The notes below the pieces were generated by a model. It worked only from the letters and a program-made list of their open reading frames with translations, did not search any database and was not told where the DNA came from. Below are positions 1 through 8,908 of a DNA stretch of 64,000 bases, piece after piece; within the stretch, counting starts at the first letter, position 1; each line of letters opens with the position of its first letter. The DNA is from a virus: IMG/VR virus record IMGVR_UViG_3300044641_002513, positions 1-64,000 of that record. One strand, written 5' to 3'. Position numbers and translations under genes: made by a program.

Positions 1-120
1 AATTTCAGGTAGAGGAACACCTTTTCTAAAATCTTCATAAATCAACTGTTTGTCTTCTTCTGTAAAAGGTAAACAACTAATAGGTATTAATCTACCGTCG
101 TATTTTATTTTATCTTCCAA
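1..120 (-). CDS. Hypothetical protein, partial (runs off window start)
   Basis: Open frame from TTG at 120: EDKIKYDGRLIPISCLPFTEEDKQLIYEDFRKGVPLPEI; same strand as the operon. Confidence 0.5.
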   Translation of the reverse strand, partial: MEDKIKYDGRLIPISCLPFTEEDKQLIYEDFRKGVPLPEI

Positions 121-175
121 CTACTTCTTTTTAATTAACGTGTAATTTAATAGTATTGATATATTTCTTTTGTTT

Positions 176-871
176 TTACCATTTAATAGTATCTTTCTCT
201 CCATTTAATACTGTTAATATTTCATCTACTTGTTTAAAGTTAGGACAATTCCAATCTCTATTTTCTTTAAAAGCATCAATAGGACTTTCCCAAGTAACTA
301 CATGTTGAGTAGGCTGTAACACTTCTTGATACTTTTTAGCTTCTTCTCCCCACAACATAAAAACTGTACCTGGAGAGTAACTAATTATTTCACTAAGAAC
401 TGCTCCTACAAACTTACTCCACTGCTTAGAATGCCCTTCTAAACTACCTACTTTTGACGTAAGTGATAGAGGAAGCACTAAGACTCCTTGAGTTGCTAAA
501 TAATCAAAGTCGTGGTCAACATGAAAGTATAACTTTTTTTTATTTTGATAGTAGTCTTTGTAAACACATTCAGATATTTTTCTTATACAACCGTTGTGTA
601 TAGAATCTATATAACTGTCATCAAAAGGAAAATTAAAAGCACTAATATCTACACCGTATTCTTTTACCATTATAACCACTTTAAGAGTTTCTCTTGGGCA
701 CAACTTAAAATACTTAAACAATTCTTTTTCGTGAGGATACACTTTACCAAAAACTCTTTGTAAAGACAAAAAAGTATCTAGTTTAGTCATATACTCAGAC
801 TTTAAAGTATCTTTTAATGCCAGTGCCCAAGATAATCCCAATTGGTCTACCCAATATTCTCTACCTTTCAT
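176..871 (-). CDS. Uracil-DNA glycosylase family-1-like protein with degenerate catalytic motifs
   Basis: UNG-like scaffold (VYP..LF..F.LCP...LKVVI, LATQGVLVL, GH...W..F, VFMLWGEEAK), but GQDPY, LLLN and HPSP read VKEYG, LVLP and ESP. Confidence 0.8.
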   Translation of the reverse strand: MKGREYWVDQLGLSWALALKDTLKSEYMTKLDTFLSLQRVFGKVYPHEKELFKYFKLCPRETLKVVIMVKEYGVDISAFNFPFDDSYIDSIHNGCIRKISECVYKDYYQNKKKLYFHVDHDFDYLATQGVLVLPLSLTSKVGSLEGHSKQWSKFVGAVLSEIISYSPGTVFMLWGEEAKKYQEVLQPTQHVVTWESPIDAFKENRDWNCPNFKQVDEILTVLNGEKDTIKW

Positions 872-1101
872 TAAAACTGTATAGTTACATTTTCATACCT
901 TTCTAGCCATCTATCTAAATCTTGTATAAGATTTTCTTCAATAGTATAGTAGCCAGAATATTCAAAGTGTTTCCACAAGTAGGGTAGCATATAGTATTGC
1001 TCTTCGTAAGGAATTGATTCAAACACAATTCCGTTTACTTTAGTTCCTCTATCTACTAAGTATCGACTTAGTATGTATAAATTTTTATTCATCGTTATCA
1101 A
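871..1101 (-). CDS. Hypothetical protein
   Basis: 76-aa ORF abutting its neighbours in the operon. Confidence 0.7.
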   Translation of the reverse strand: MITMNKNLYILSRYLVDRGTKVNGIVFESIPYEEQYYMLPYLWKHFEYSGYYTIEENLIQDLDRWLERYENVTIQF

Positions 1102-1104
1102 TTA

Positions 1105-1995
1105 TTAAAATATGTATCTTATCTTACACCAGCCTATCACCTCTTCAAAAATAGTAGTAAATTCTTTAATGTATTTAGCCTTTAAATCATATCTGTATCT
1201 TAAATTTTCTCCTCCATATTGAGAAGTTTTTATCTCTTGAATATCAGGCCTCCATATTAAATTCTCTCCTTCTAAATTACGTTCTACATTGTTAAGATGC
1301 CTGCCTTTGTTATGGGTTAAGAATATTACCTCAGCTTTTACTGAACTGTTATTCCAACCATGTTCCACAGCAAACCTATTTACTTTTTCAAACAGTTTTT
1401 TGTATTCCTTTAACCAACCGTCAGTTACTATCACAGGACTAAAATTTAAGTGCACTTCGTATCCAGCTTTAATAAAATCTTGCACTGCCCACAACCTATC
1501 TTCTATACTACTTGTTTTAGGTTCTAAAAAATCACTATAAGTTTGAGGCATTAAACTAAACCTAATTCTAATTTTACCTTTAGGGTTAAATTCTAATAAG
1601 TTTTTGTTTACATACTTAGTTGCAAATGAGCCCATAGCTATAGGATGGTTCTTAAAAAATTCAAATATGTACTTCCAACTATGGTGTTTTGCGTGTAAAG
1701 CAAAATCTTCGTTGCACGATAAGTCGTAGGTTATATACTCACTGTGAGTTTGATTAGGTTTTTCTACATCAGTAAAATAAGCGTGTGTGTTAATAGCTGT
1801 TAATATGTCTCCAACATTAGTAGCTACATCTAGTCCTGTAGGTTTGTGTCTTTTTAAGTAACAGTAAAGACAAGAATACAAGCAACCGAACCCAAAACTA
1901 GGAGTAATAAAGTCAGTTGATCTAAAAGATTCCCTTATGACCATACTTTTTCTTACATTATAAGTTATTTTTTTTAAATTTCCATTTATATCCAT
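1105..1995 (-). CDS. splB: Spore photoproduct lyase-like radical SAM protein
   Basis: CLYSCLYCYL (CxxxCxxC followed by Tyr), SCNED, FATK, RIRFSL, NFSPVI, RY near the C-terminus. Probable start is ATG 1995 (or 1944), overlapping the endonuclease 3' end. Confidence 0.85.
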   Translation of the reverse strand: MDINGNLKKITYNVRKSMVIRESFRSTDFITPSFGFGCLYSCLYCYLKRHKPTGLDVATNVGDILTAINTHAYFTDVEKPNQTHSEYITYDLSCNEDFALHAKHHSWKYIFEFFKNHPIAMGSFATKYVNKNLLEFNPKGKIRIRFSLMPQTYSDFLEPKTSSIEDRLWAVQDFIKAGYEVHLNFSPVIVTDGWLKEYKKLFEKVNRFAVEHGWNNSSVKAEVIFLTHNKGRHLNNVERNLEGENLIWRPDIQEIKTSQYGGENLRYRYDLKAKYIKEFTTIFEEVIGWCKIRYIF

Positions 1996-2650
1996 AAGCA
2001 GTTTTTCTTTTATTTCTACAACAACTACCAATATGACCTGATTTAACATCTTTATTTAATAAAATCAGAGCATCTTTTATGCTTTTAAAAGTCTGTATAT
2101 ATTCATTTTCTAATGAATATTGTTCAACAGGAACAATTATAGCATCAATTGTTTTTTGTGTAACTTCTTTTGATTTTTTTCTACCTGTAGAAGTTATTTT
2201 AATTTTAGCTTTAGCTTCATCTGTATGTTTAAATCCTCTTCTTCCATCAGCTTGTTTTTTTATAGTTTCTGGTTTAAACCAATAACCTCTTTTAGCTGCA
2301 TTTTCTCTTCTAACTTTTTTAGATTTTTCTATTATGTGTTTAGGCATTTTACCTATATTTCCTACACCAGTAATAGCTAGATTATAACCAAATCTTCTAT
2401 GATAAGATTTATATTCCTTTACATAATAATCTTCTCTGTCAATACATTGGTCCAAGAGACATTCTTCAAGTATAATAAAAGAAAAGTTATCTTGTCCATG
2501 CTTTTGCCAAGCATTTTGAAGATAACTATTTTCATGCATACTTTTATTTAGTTTATACTTATGAAGAACAAACCTTTTTGTAATATTAGATGAATAGCCA
2601 ATATATACTTTATTGTCTATTTTGCACTGTATTTTGTAAATTCCAACCAT
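1958..2650 (-). CDS. Free-standing GIY-YIG homing endonuclease (NUMOD3- and NUMOD1/IENR1-like C-terminal domains)
   Basis: GIYKI..KVYIG..KRF..H, LQNAWQKHG, REDYY, GYN; FKHTDEAKAKI; VEQYSL...CCRNKRKTAYGYKWKF. Confidence 0.92.
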   Translation of the reverse strand: MVGIYKIQCKIDNKVYIGYSSNITKRFVLHKYKLNKSMHENSYLQNAWQKHGQDNFSFIILEECLLDQCIDREDYYVKEYKSYHRRFGYNLAITGVGNIGKMPKHIIEKSKKVRRENAAKRGYWFKPETIKKQADGRRGFKHTDEAKAKIKITSTGRKKSKEVTQKTIDAIIVPVEQYSLENEYIQTFKSIKDALILLNKDVKSGHIGSCCRNKRKTAYGYKWKFKKNNL

Positions 2651-2753
2651 ATACAAATATAATCAAAATTTCTTTAATAAAATCGGTAGACCTACCAGAA
2701 GGCCTAATTAACATAGACTTTCTGGTAGATTTTGTTATTACCTTTTTTGTCAT
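2610..2753 (-). pseudogene. Orphaned original 5' end of the splB-like gene (26 homologous codons, then out-of-context read-through to TAA)
   Basis: MTKKVITKSTRKSMLIRPSGRSTDFI matches KKITYNVRKSMVIRESFRSTDFI of the downstream SplB ORF. Confidence 0.8.
2638..2671 (-). promoter_or_regulatory. Hairpin sequestering the GIY-YIG start codon, with an embedded TAnnTTTG promoter element
   Basis: Minus strand AAATTTTGATTATAT-TTGT-ATATGGTTGGAATTT forms 15 bp including G-U pairs; TATATTTG at 2661-2654. Confidence 0.7.
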
Positions 2754-2763
2754 TTTTTTTAAA

Positions 2764-3429
2764 TTATCCAAATTCTCCACTAGGATGTAAACTTTTCTTA
2801 AGTACTAATAAATCAGCTACTTCTTTTGTTAGTATTTCTTTATTTATACTAATTATAGGCCACACTTCTTGTTCCCCTAACACCGCTATTGACCAAGGAT
2901 TACTTAATCTCTTTTCCCAATGGTCTTTTAACACTATTGCTTTATTTAAAATTAAAGGAAGTACTAATGCTTTATCTGAAAAATAGTTATTACCTAGTAT
3001 TAATCTTTTAGCTTCTAAACTTGTCTTAGAATATTTACCTTCTAAAATTAGCTTATAATCTTCTTGATGTTCTTCAGGAATACTAAACACAAATACTACA
3101 TAGTCTTTATTATCATAGTCATCTACATAATTGGGAAAAGCTTGAATAGTAGAATAAAATCTTTCAAAATCTAAATCTCTATAACTTCTACAAACAACAA
3201 AAACATACCCTCTATCATTAAATTTAGGAATATTGCTGTCTGCTAAGTAAGCGTTTAAAAATCTTGATTTATACTTTATCCTTCCCCAGTTATCTAATAT
3301 ATTACAGTCGAAGAGATTTTTAGAAATATTTAATAACGGAAACAAAAATGTTGCTGTTTTTGTATATTTCATCTCCATTAAATTAATACTTTGCCTCCGT
3401 TTTCTAAATAATCTTTTGTATAAGTCCAC
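2764..3429 (-). CDS. Hypothetical protein (replication block)
   Basis: 221-aa ORF; true start probably a downstream ATG near 3378. Confidence 0.7.
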   Translation of the reverse strand: MDLYKRLFRKRRQSINLMEMKYTKTATFLFPLLNISKNLFDCNILDNWGRIKYKSRFLNAYLADSNIPKFNDRGYVFVVCRSYRDLDFERFYSTIQAFPNYVDDYDNKDYVVFVFSIPEEHQEDYKLILEGKYSKTSLEAKRLILGNNYFSDKALVLPLILNKAIVLKDHWEKRLSNPWSIAVLGEQEVWPIISINKEILTKEVADLLVLKKSLHPSGEFG

Positions 3430-4421
3430 TCTCCATTAACTTCTGCATATATATACATGCTAAGAGCTTGTTCAAAACCTAAATACTCTCTGTCTTCGTA
3501 CACTCCACCACTAAAACCTATGTTTAATACTTCTTGGCTAATTTCAAAGCATACAGGAACATTAGTTAAATCTTTTTCTACAACTATGTACAAGAAGTTA
3601 TTTAGTTTATATCCTTGGTCAAAATACTCTTTAAACTGAGGAGACTCTAGTATACCTTTATAATAAACAGCTGCTTGAAAATCGTATCTATACTTCCAAA
3701 ACTCATATTTAAAACCATTAATGCTTTTACTTGTAGTTTTAAAGTCAATAGGAGTAATCTCTTTAGTATTAGGATTAACAATAACTCTGTCTAACTCACC
3801 TTTTATTAGTACTCCACTATGAGTAAAAGAAATTATTACTTTATCTAATATTTGTACTCCAGCTATTTTTTGATTAGTATAGAACTTTTTATCTACGTAA
3901 GGTTTTGTATAAGGGTCTGCTTTTAATGCTGCTACACAGTTAACTGCTTTTGAATACTCACTTTGTACTACTGGAGTTTTATCTGCAATAGATTTTAGTA
4001 ACTCAAAATACTGAGCACCTTCTTTAATAATTTTATCTACTCTAGTATCATCTTTCCAGTTAGCTTGGTAATTAAAATAATTACAAAAATAAAGTATTTT
4101 ATCCCCATACTCAGACAAAAATGCTTTTTGATAATTTTCATCTACTGCTTTTATATATTTATTTACATCGTCTATAATATATTTTATTGCTTCTGAACAT
4201 TTTGTTTCGTCTGGTATTACTACATACTTATCGTCAAATTCTTGTTTTGTACTAGTTAACATTAAATCTACTAATGTACCAAACAGAAAATGCTCTTCTG
4301 TAGATTGTACTGCTGACTCTTGTTTTTCCTTAGCTTTTTTAAATTCTAAAGGACTTGTAAGTATCTTTTTTAAGATACTTTGGTTAATACCAGGAAGATT
4401 TCTATAATTCTCCATTTCCAT
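3378..4421 (-). CDS. PD-(D/E)XK exonuclease
   Basis: GTLVD, KGELDRV..IDFKTT, YDFQAAVY motifs. Confidence 0.85.
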   Translation of the reverse strand: MEMENYRNLPGINQSILKKILTSPLEFKKAKEKQESAVQSTEEHFLFGTLVDLMLTSTKQEFDDKYVVIPDETKCSEAIKYIIDDVNKYIKAVDENYQKAFLSEYGDKILYFCNYFNYQANWKDDTRVDKIIKEGAQYFELLKSIADKTPVVQSEYSKAVNCVAALKADPYTKPYVDKKFYTNQKIAGVQILDKVIISFTHSGVLIKGELDRVIVNPNTKEITPIDFKTTSKSINGFKYEFWKYRYDFQAAVYYKGILESPQFKEYFDQGYKLNNFLYIVVEKDLTNVPVCFEISQEVLNIGFSGGVYEDREYLGFEQALSMYIYAEVNGEWTYTKDYLENGGKVLI

Positions 4422-4422
4422 A

Positions 4423-4911
4423 CTATATTGTTTTTAATGTGTATACTAATTTTCTGTCTTTAAAATCCTTTACTGGGACAAATTCATAACTTGTTTTGTG
4501 TAAAAACTCAACAGTATCATCAGGTAATATTCCTTTTTTGATTAATACATCGTCTAAGCATTTTAACCATACTAAAGCTAAGTTTCCTATATCCCAATTA
4601 GGTTTATAATCTTTACTTGCTGGAGACCAACTTGTCCGCCTCTTCTTAGTAGTTTTGTCAACTACCATCTTCATACTTCCATAATTTAATGGAGCATATA
4701 TCACTAATTTAGTCTCTATTGGTGTTTGTATAGTTAAATTATCAGGTATATTCTTTTCAATGTAACCGTGCATAGCAGCCACTAGGGCTGCTCTTGTTGT
4801 AAAATGCACGGAAGCATGGATTTTGTTATAACCTATTTTAACCCAAGTAGATTTATTTTGTGGTATATGTGTAATAAATTCGGGAAATTCCAGTTTTATT
4901 TCACTTACCAT
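4423..4911 (-). CDS. RusA-like Holliday junction resolvase
   Basis: WDIGNL...KCLDD.L...GILPDD matches the RusA DxDN..K..D...DD pattern. Confidence 0.75.
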   Translation of the reverse strand: MVSEIKLEFPEFITHIPQNKSTWVKIGYNKIHASVHFTTRAALVAAMHGYIEKNIPDNLTIQTPIETKLVIYAPLNYGSMKMVVDKTTKKRRTSWSPASKDYKPNWDIGNLALVWLKCLDDVLIKKGILPDDTVEFLHKTSYEFVPVKDFKDRKLVYTLKTI

Positions 4912-4913
4912 CG

Positions 4914-6242
4914 TTATACGTTTTTAACTCTGTTAGATATTACTTCTGTCAATTGACATAAAGTATTTCTTAAATCTTGAATAGTTTTTCTAAAAGCATA
5001 CAAACTAATTTCTTTAGGAATAATTTCGTGTTCTTTTAAAGATTCTAGTGGAGTATTCTCAATTAAGTCTTCCAACTCTTCTTGTGTGTACTCTGCATAC
5101 TCTAACTCGAAAGTATTAGTATCAATTGGAATTACTTTACCTTCATCATTGTATTCAATAGTAGCAATTGGTAAATACTCACAACATCTTAGTTTGCCTC
5201 CGTCTGTATAAGGAACGGCAATTACATGCATTGGATTAATCAATACTGCTAAGCCTACCGAGCCAAAATACCCTGATGTTAACCAACTACTATTGGCTGC
5301 GTGTAAACCTCTAGAACAAGTTCTATCTGGGTTTGCATCACATTGTTTACGGTCAATCTTAACAGGTTGTCCTAAGATAATTTCCATACGACCTGTATAG
5401 CCATCTGTGTAAACAGTTTGTTCACTTGCTTCTAAGTTTACAAATTCTACATACAACTCTTGTAAACTACCTTGGTACTCGTACAAATCCTCCTCTTCCC
5501 ACTCTTCTACCCAAAAACCATCTTCGTCTTCATATCCTTTATCTGCTTCGTAAGTTTCATCGTTAACATTTGACCACTTATCTTCGTGCATTAACTCAAA
5601 TTCTTCGTCTTCGTAATTCCATACTACTACAAAGTTTTTAGGACCTCTTTTCTGAGTTTTAATTTTTAACCATTGTTCTGCAACAAATTCGTTTCTTTCT
5701 CGTAAACCTTCGTTTTTAACATTAACATTTCTATAAGCTACAAAGTAACCGCTAGGAGTTAAAGTTAAATCGTTGTTAATTAAGAATTTATACAAATCCT
5801 CTCTACATCTTGGATCAGGATTTAACGCACATAGTCTCCAAAAATTCATCATAGCTGATAAATCTTCTTGGTTATCTCTACGTTTTGCAAACTCTAGTGC
5901 TAAGAACTCAGGCACAGTAATATTAATCCCCTTCATATACAACTTAATGCCTATTACTTCAAAATGCTCATCTCCTAAATTTCTAATACTATCCATCCAA
6001 TCTATAAGACTTTTTTGATTTAGGGCTTTTTTCTCTTCATCTTCTAATCTTTCTTCATCCTTAGTCTTAGAAACTTCAAAACAAGCTATTAAACTTTCTA
6101 CTTCATTATAATCTGATTCATTAGTGTTTAACGCTTTCTCATACAGATTAAGAATGTCTTCATTGCTGTTACAAACTTTTTGGTACATTTTAGAGCCTAT
6201 AGTACAAACTATAGTGTTACCTACTCTCATTGCTTTAATCAT
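4914..6242 (-). CDS. rIIB: rIIB-like protein
   Basis: NFW..CALNP....EDLYKFL, GYFVAYR, CD.NP..TCS.GLH, KLRCCEY; lies next to rIIA. Confidence 0.8.
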   Translation of the reverse strand: MIKAMRVGNTIVCTIGSKMYQKVCNSNEDILNLYEKALNTNESDYNEVESLIACFEVSKTKDEERLEDEEKKALNQKSLIDWMDSIRNLGDEHFEVIGIKLYMKGINITVPEFLALEFAKRRDNQEDLSAMMNFWRLCALNPDPRCREDLYKFLINNDLTLTPSGYFVAYRNVNVKNEGLRERNEFVAEQWLKIKTQKRGPKNFVVVWNYEDEEFELMHEDKWSNVNDETYEADKGYEDEDGFWVEEWEEEDLYEYQGSLQELYVEFVNLEASEQTVYTDGYTGRMEIILGQPVKIDRKQCDANPDRTCSRGLHAANSSWLTSGYFGSVGLAVLINPMHVIAVPYTDGGKLRCCEYLPIATIEYNDEGKVIPIDTNTFELEYAEYTQEELEDLIENTPLESLKEHEIIPKEISLYAFRKTIQDLRNTLCQLTEVISNRVKNV

Positions 6243-6252
6243 ACTTCTTATT

Positions 6253-6510
6253 TTAATTGTTATTTAGTTTTGTTAAATTAATAAAGTTGTCTTTTGGGAA
6301 ATAACTCTCTACACATATTCTTTTTACGTGAGGCAATGTTTCTATTTTTTTTAATGAGTGATTATACACATATTGCCAAGCATCTACATAAATTCCTTTA
6401 TCAGTTATTTTTACTACTTTTTCTTCTAGTAATCTTGCCCATATAGGTCTAAGAATAGTGTCACCTACTTCTATTAGATTGCCAAATCTATCATAATGTT
6501 CTACATTCAT
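6253..6510 (-). CDS. Hypothetical protein
   Basis: 85-aa ORF with a D..G..I.VGD motif common in small phage proteins. Confidence 0.7.
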   Translation of the reverse strand: MNVEHYDRFGNLIEVGDTILRPIWARLLEEKVVKITDKGIYVDAWQYVYNHSLKKIETLPHVKRICVESYFPKDNFINLTKLNNN

Positions 6511-6514
6511 ATTT

Positions 6515-8908
6515 TTAGCATTTACAGTGTTTAAATTTACTATTAAAATAGATTTTATAGTGAATGTTTAGAGGAAACCTATGTTTAGTTTTAAACTTGT
6601 TTTGTAGATAAATAGCTTCTGCAATAAATTCTACAATACCTCCAATGTTTTTATTAAACCTGTATCCAGAAGTATCTATAAAATCTATAATATCTAACTG
6701 CTCAGAATATCTTAATATTTTAAAGAAATCTTCTTCTATTTTTTTATCAAAACTATTATTTTGTACAGCTAGTTTATAACAAGTGTCTTGTAAAAACTTT
6801 TCATCCCCATATATTCTATTTTCTGCATCTATTAGTTTATTAAACTTTGAAAAAGTATCTGATAACATTTTTAAATCTGAAGAAACAGTAGGGCTTAACA
6901 CTTTAAGTAACTTTATTCTATTTTCATCTGCCAGCATTCTTTTTAACTTACTAAATGCGTCTGAATGGTTTTTATAAAGCTTAACCATACTAACCATTCT
7001 GCGAAAAACTTTATTTTCTTCTGATAAGAAACTTTCCATTGTAACTTGATTTTTTACATTTTTTAATTTTTTTAAATTAGTAGGAGCTACTTCACAATAT
7101 TCTAAATACTTATCTGGAGTTTTTGTAAGAGCTTTATAAGTAAGATATACAAGCCTCATATTTCTATTAACTTCAGGCGTAGCATCATTAGAGTTAAGGA
7201 AAAATAAGGTTCTATTACTACCTAAAAAATCAGATACTTTTCTTTTTTCTGTATTTTTAGAATCCGAAGTATTAAAATAAAACGTAGAAGTTTTAACTTG
7301 AATTTCTGTAGTATCTCTTTTTGCTTTTGTCTTTTTTTGAGATTCTAACCATTCTTTAGTAGGCATTACTTTATCGTAACTAGTAGTTTTATCAATAACT
7401 TCTTTTTGTATTATTTTTTGATAAGCAGTAATAATACCTCTCCACTTGTCTTTTGATACAGTTTTAAGTTTTAACGTACTTACATAATACTTTAAGTATA
7501 ACCTAGTCTTTTTTCTAATAAAAAACAAAACATCTTTTTTAAAAGTGTGTTTAATAAACTTACTTTTACGAGGTTCGTGTTCTTGAGAAATTCTCATTAC
7601 TAGTTGATACGGACTTCTATTTGCTTTTGTTAACAACGCACCTGCATCACCATTATACTTTTGAAATCTAGCAGAAAACTGGCCACTAGTATAGTAGTCA
7701 AAGAATAAACTAGTATAGTCTTTAGGCAACATAAATGCTGCTAAACCTGCATCTTGAAAAGGTTTATAATAATAGCCATTCTCTTGAATAGAAAATAATC
7801 CATTCTGCTTTAAGTTTAAAGCAATTTGATTTTGAGCAAAATATAAAGTAGGAACTTCATTTCTTTTTACATAAAACTCTTCAATTGTACTACATTCTTT
7901 AGAACTTTCTGCCCATCTTTTTCTTAACTCTGTTTCAAATTCTATTAGCTTTTTGTAAATAGCTTCTTTAGTTCTAGGAGTATACTTAACGTCTTCTCTT
8001 GTTTGAATAACATCTAGTTCACCTATTTGAAATTGAAGTGCTACAGGAAAATCTATTCTAGGTATCTCAAGTATCTTCCAATCTATTGGATAAGCTACTT
8101 TACCTAGGCAAATATGCAAATCGTTTTGAGGAGTTTCTCCAGTAGTAGCTAACCACGAATCGCCTTTAATAATCTGAAAGTTATTAGGAATCTCACAGTA
8201 ATAAGAAAAGTAAACATTGTCAAAATAAGCTAACTGTTCTTTACAGTTGTTTCTAAACTTTGCTACATCTTCTATTTCTATATAAACTTTAATCTCCGTG
8301 CCATTTCTTTCTGTTGTTGCCGTTTCTCCAATAATATCTAGTCTAGGACCATTCTCACCTTTTCTTAGCATATAACTATACTCTATGCTATTATATCTAG
8401 TACGAATAAAAACTATATCAGCATAACTTAAACCGCTCTTAGAGCCCATACCGAACGCACCTATCATCGTATTACTTGTTTCTTTAGTAGATTTCAAGTA
8501 ATTAACAAATACATCTTTAATTCTACTTGGAGATAAGCCTACACCAAAATCTTCAGTTGCCCAAAACCAACCTGTATCATCTTTGTCAATAGTAACAATT
8601 ACAGCATCGTCATTAAAAATTTCTACAGATTTTTTTAGAGCTTCTAACTCTTCGATTGGAGCAGTTTGATAGATAGAATATTCGTTTTTAACTTCTTCTA
8701 TCGAGTGCTCTTTAATAAATTTAGCCTCTGCGTGACTGTCAAAACTATTACTAACATATTCTCTTACAACTGCACCAATAGGATTCTTGTAAGGATTTTG
8801 TAGCATATCCCACAGTTTATGCATGTCATGTTTGCTAATAGTAGCATCGTAACCATCAAAAGAAGCATTAGAAGTAAAATCAATTTGTTTTTTTGTTTCT
8901 AATTTCAT
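6515..8908 (-). CDS. rIIA: rIIA-like protein with N-terminal GHKL/Hsp90-like ATPase
   Basis: YKNPIGAVVREYVSNSFDSH, DFGVGLS, STK...IGAFGMGSKS, NGTEI. Confidence 0.85.
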   Translation of the reverse strand: MKLETKKQIDFTSNASFDGYDATISKHDMHKLWDMLQNPYKNPIGAVVREYVSNSFDSHAEAKFIKEHSIEEVKNEYSIYQTAPIEELEALKKSVEIFNDDAVIVTIDKDDTGWFWATEDFGVGLSPSRIKDVFVNYLKSTKETSNTMIGAFGMGSKSGLSYADIVFIRTRYNSIEYSYMLRKGENGPRLDIIGETATTERNGTEIKVYIEIEDVAKFRNNCKEQLAYFDNVYFSYYCEIPNNFQIIKGDSWLATTGETPQNDLHICLGKVAYPIDWKILEIPRIDFPVALQFQIGELDVIQTREDVKYTPRTKEAIYKKLIEFETELRKRWAESSKECSTIEEFYVKRNEVPTLYFAQNQIALNLKQNGLFSIQENGYYYKPFQDAGLAAFMLPKDYTSLFFDYYTSGQFSARFQKYNGDAGALLTKANRSPYQLVMRISQEHEPRKSKFIKHTFKKDVLFFIRKKTRLYLKYYVSTLKLKTVSKDKWRGIITAYQKIIQKEVIDKTTSYDKVMPTKEWLESQKKTKAKRDTTEIQVKTSTFYFNTSDSKNTEKRKVSDFLGSNRTLFFLNSNDATPEVNRNMRLVYLTYKALTKTPDKYLEYCEVAPTNLKKLKNVKNQVTMESFLSEENKVFRRMVSMVKLYKNHSDAFSKLKRMLADENRIKLLKVLSPTVSSDLKMLSDTFSKFNKLIDAENRIYGDEKFLQDTCYKLAVQNNSFDKKIEEDFFKILRYSEQLDIIDFIDTSGYRFNKNIGGIVEFIAEAIYLQNKFKTKHRFPLNIHYKIYFNSKFKHCKC

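Noticed and set aside
1906-2675. Group I intron in splB
   Set aside because: The insert is almost entirely endonuclease ORF, with no room for a P3-P7 core and no terminal G at the junction
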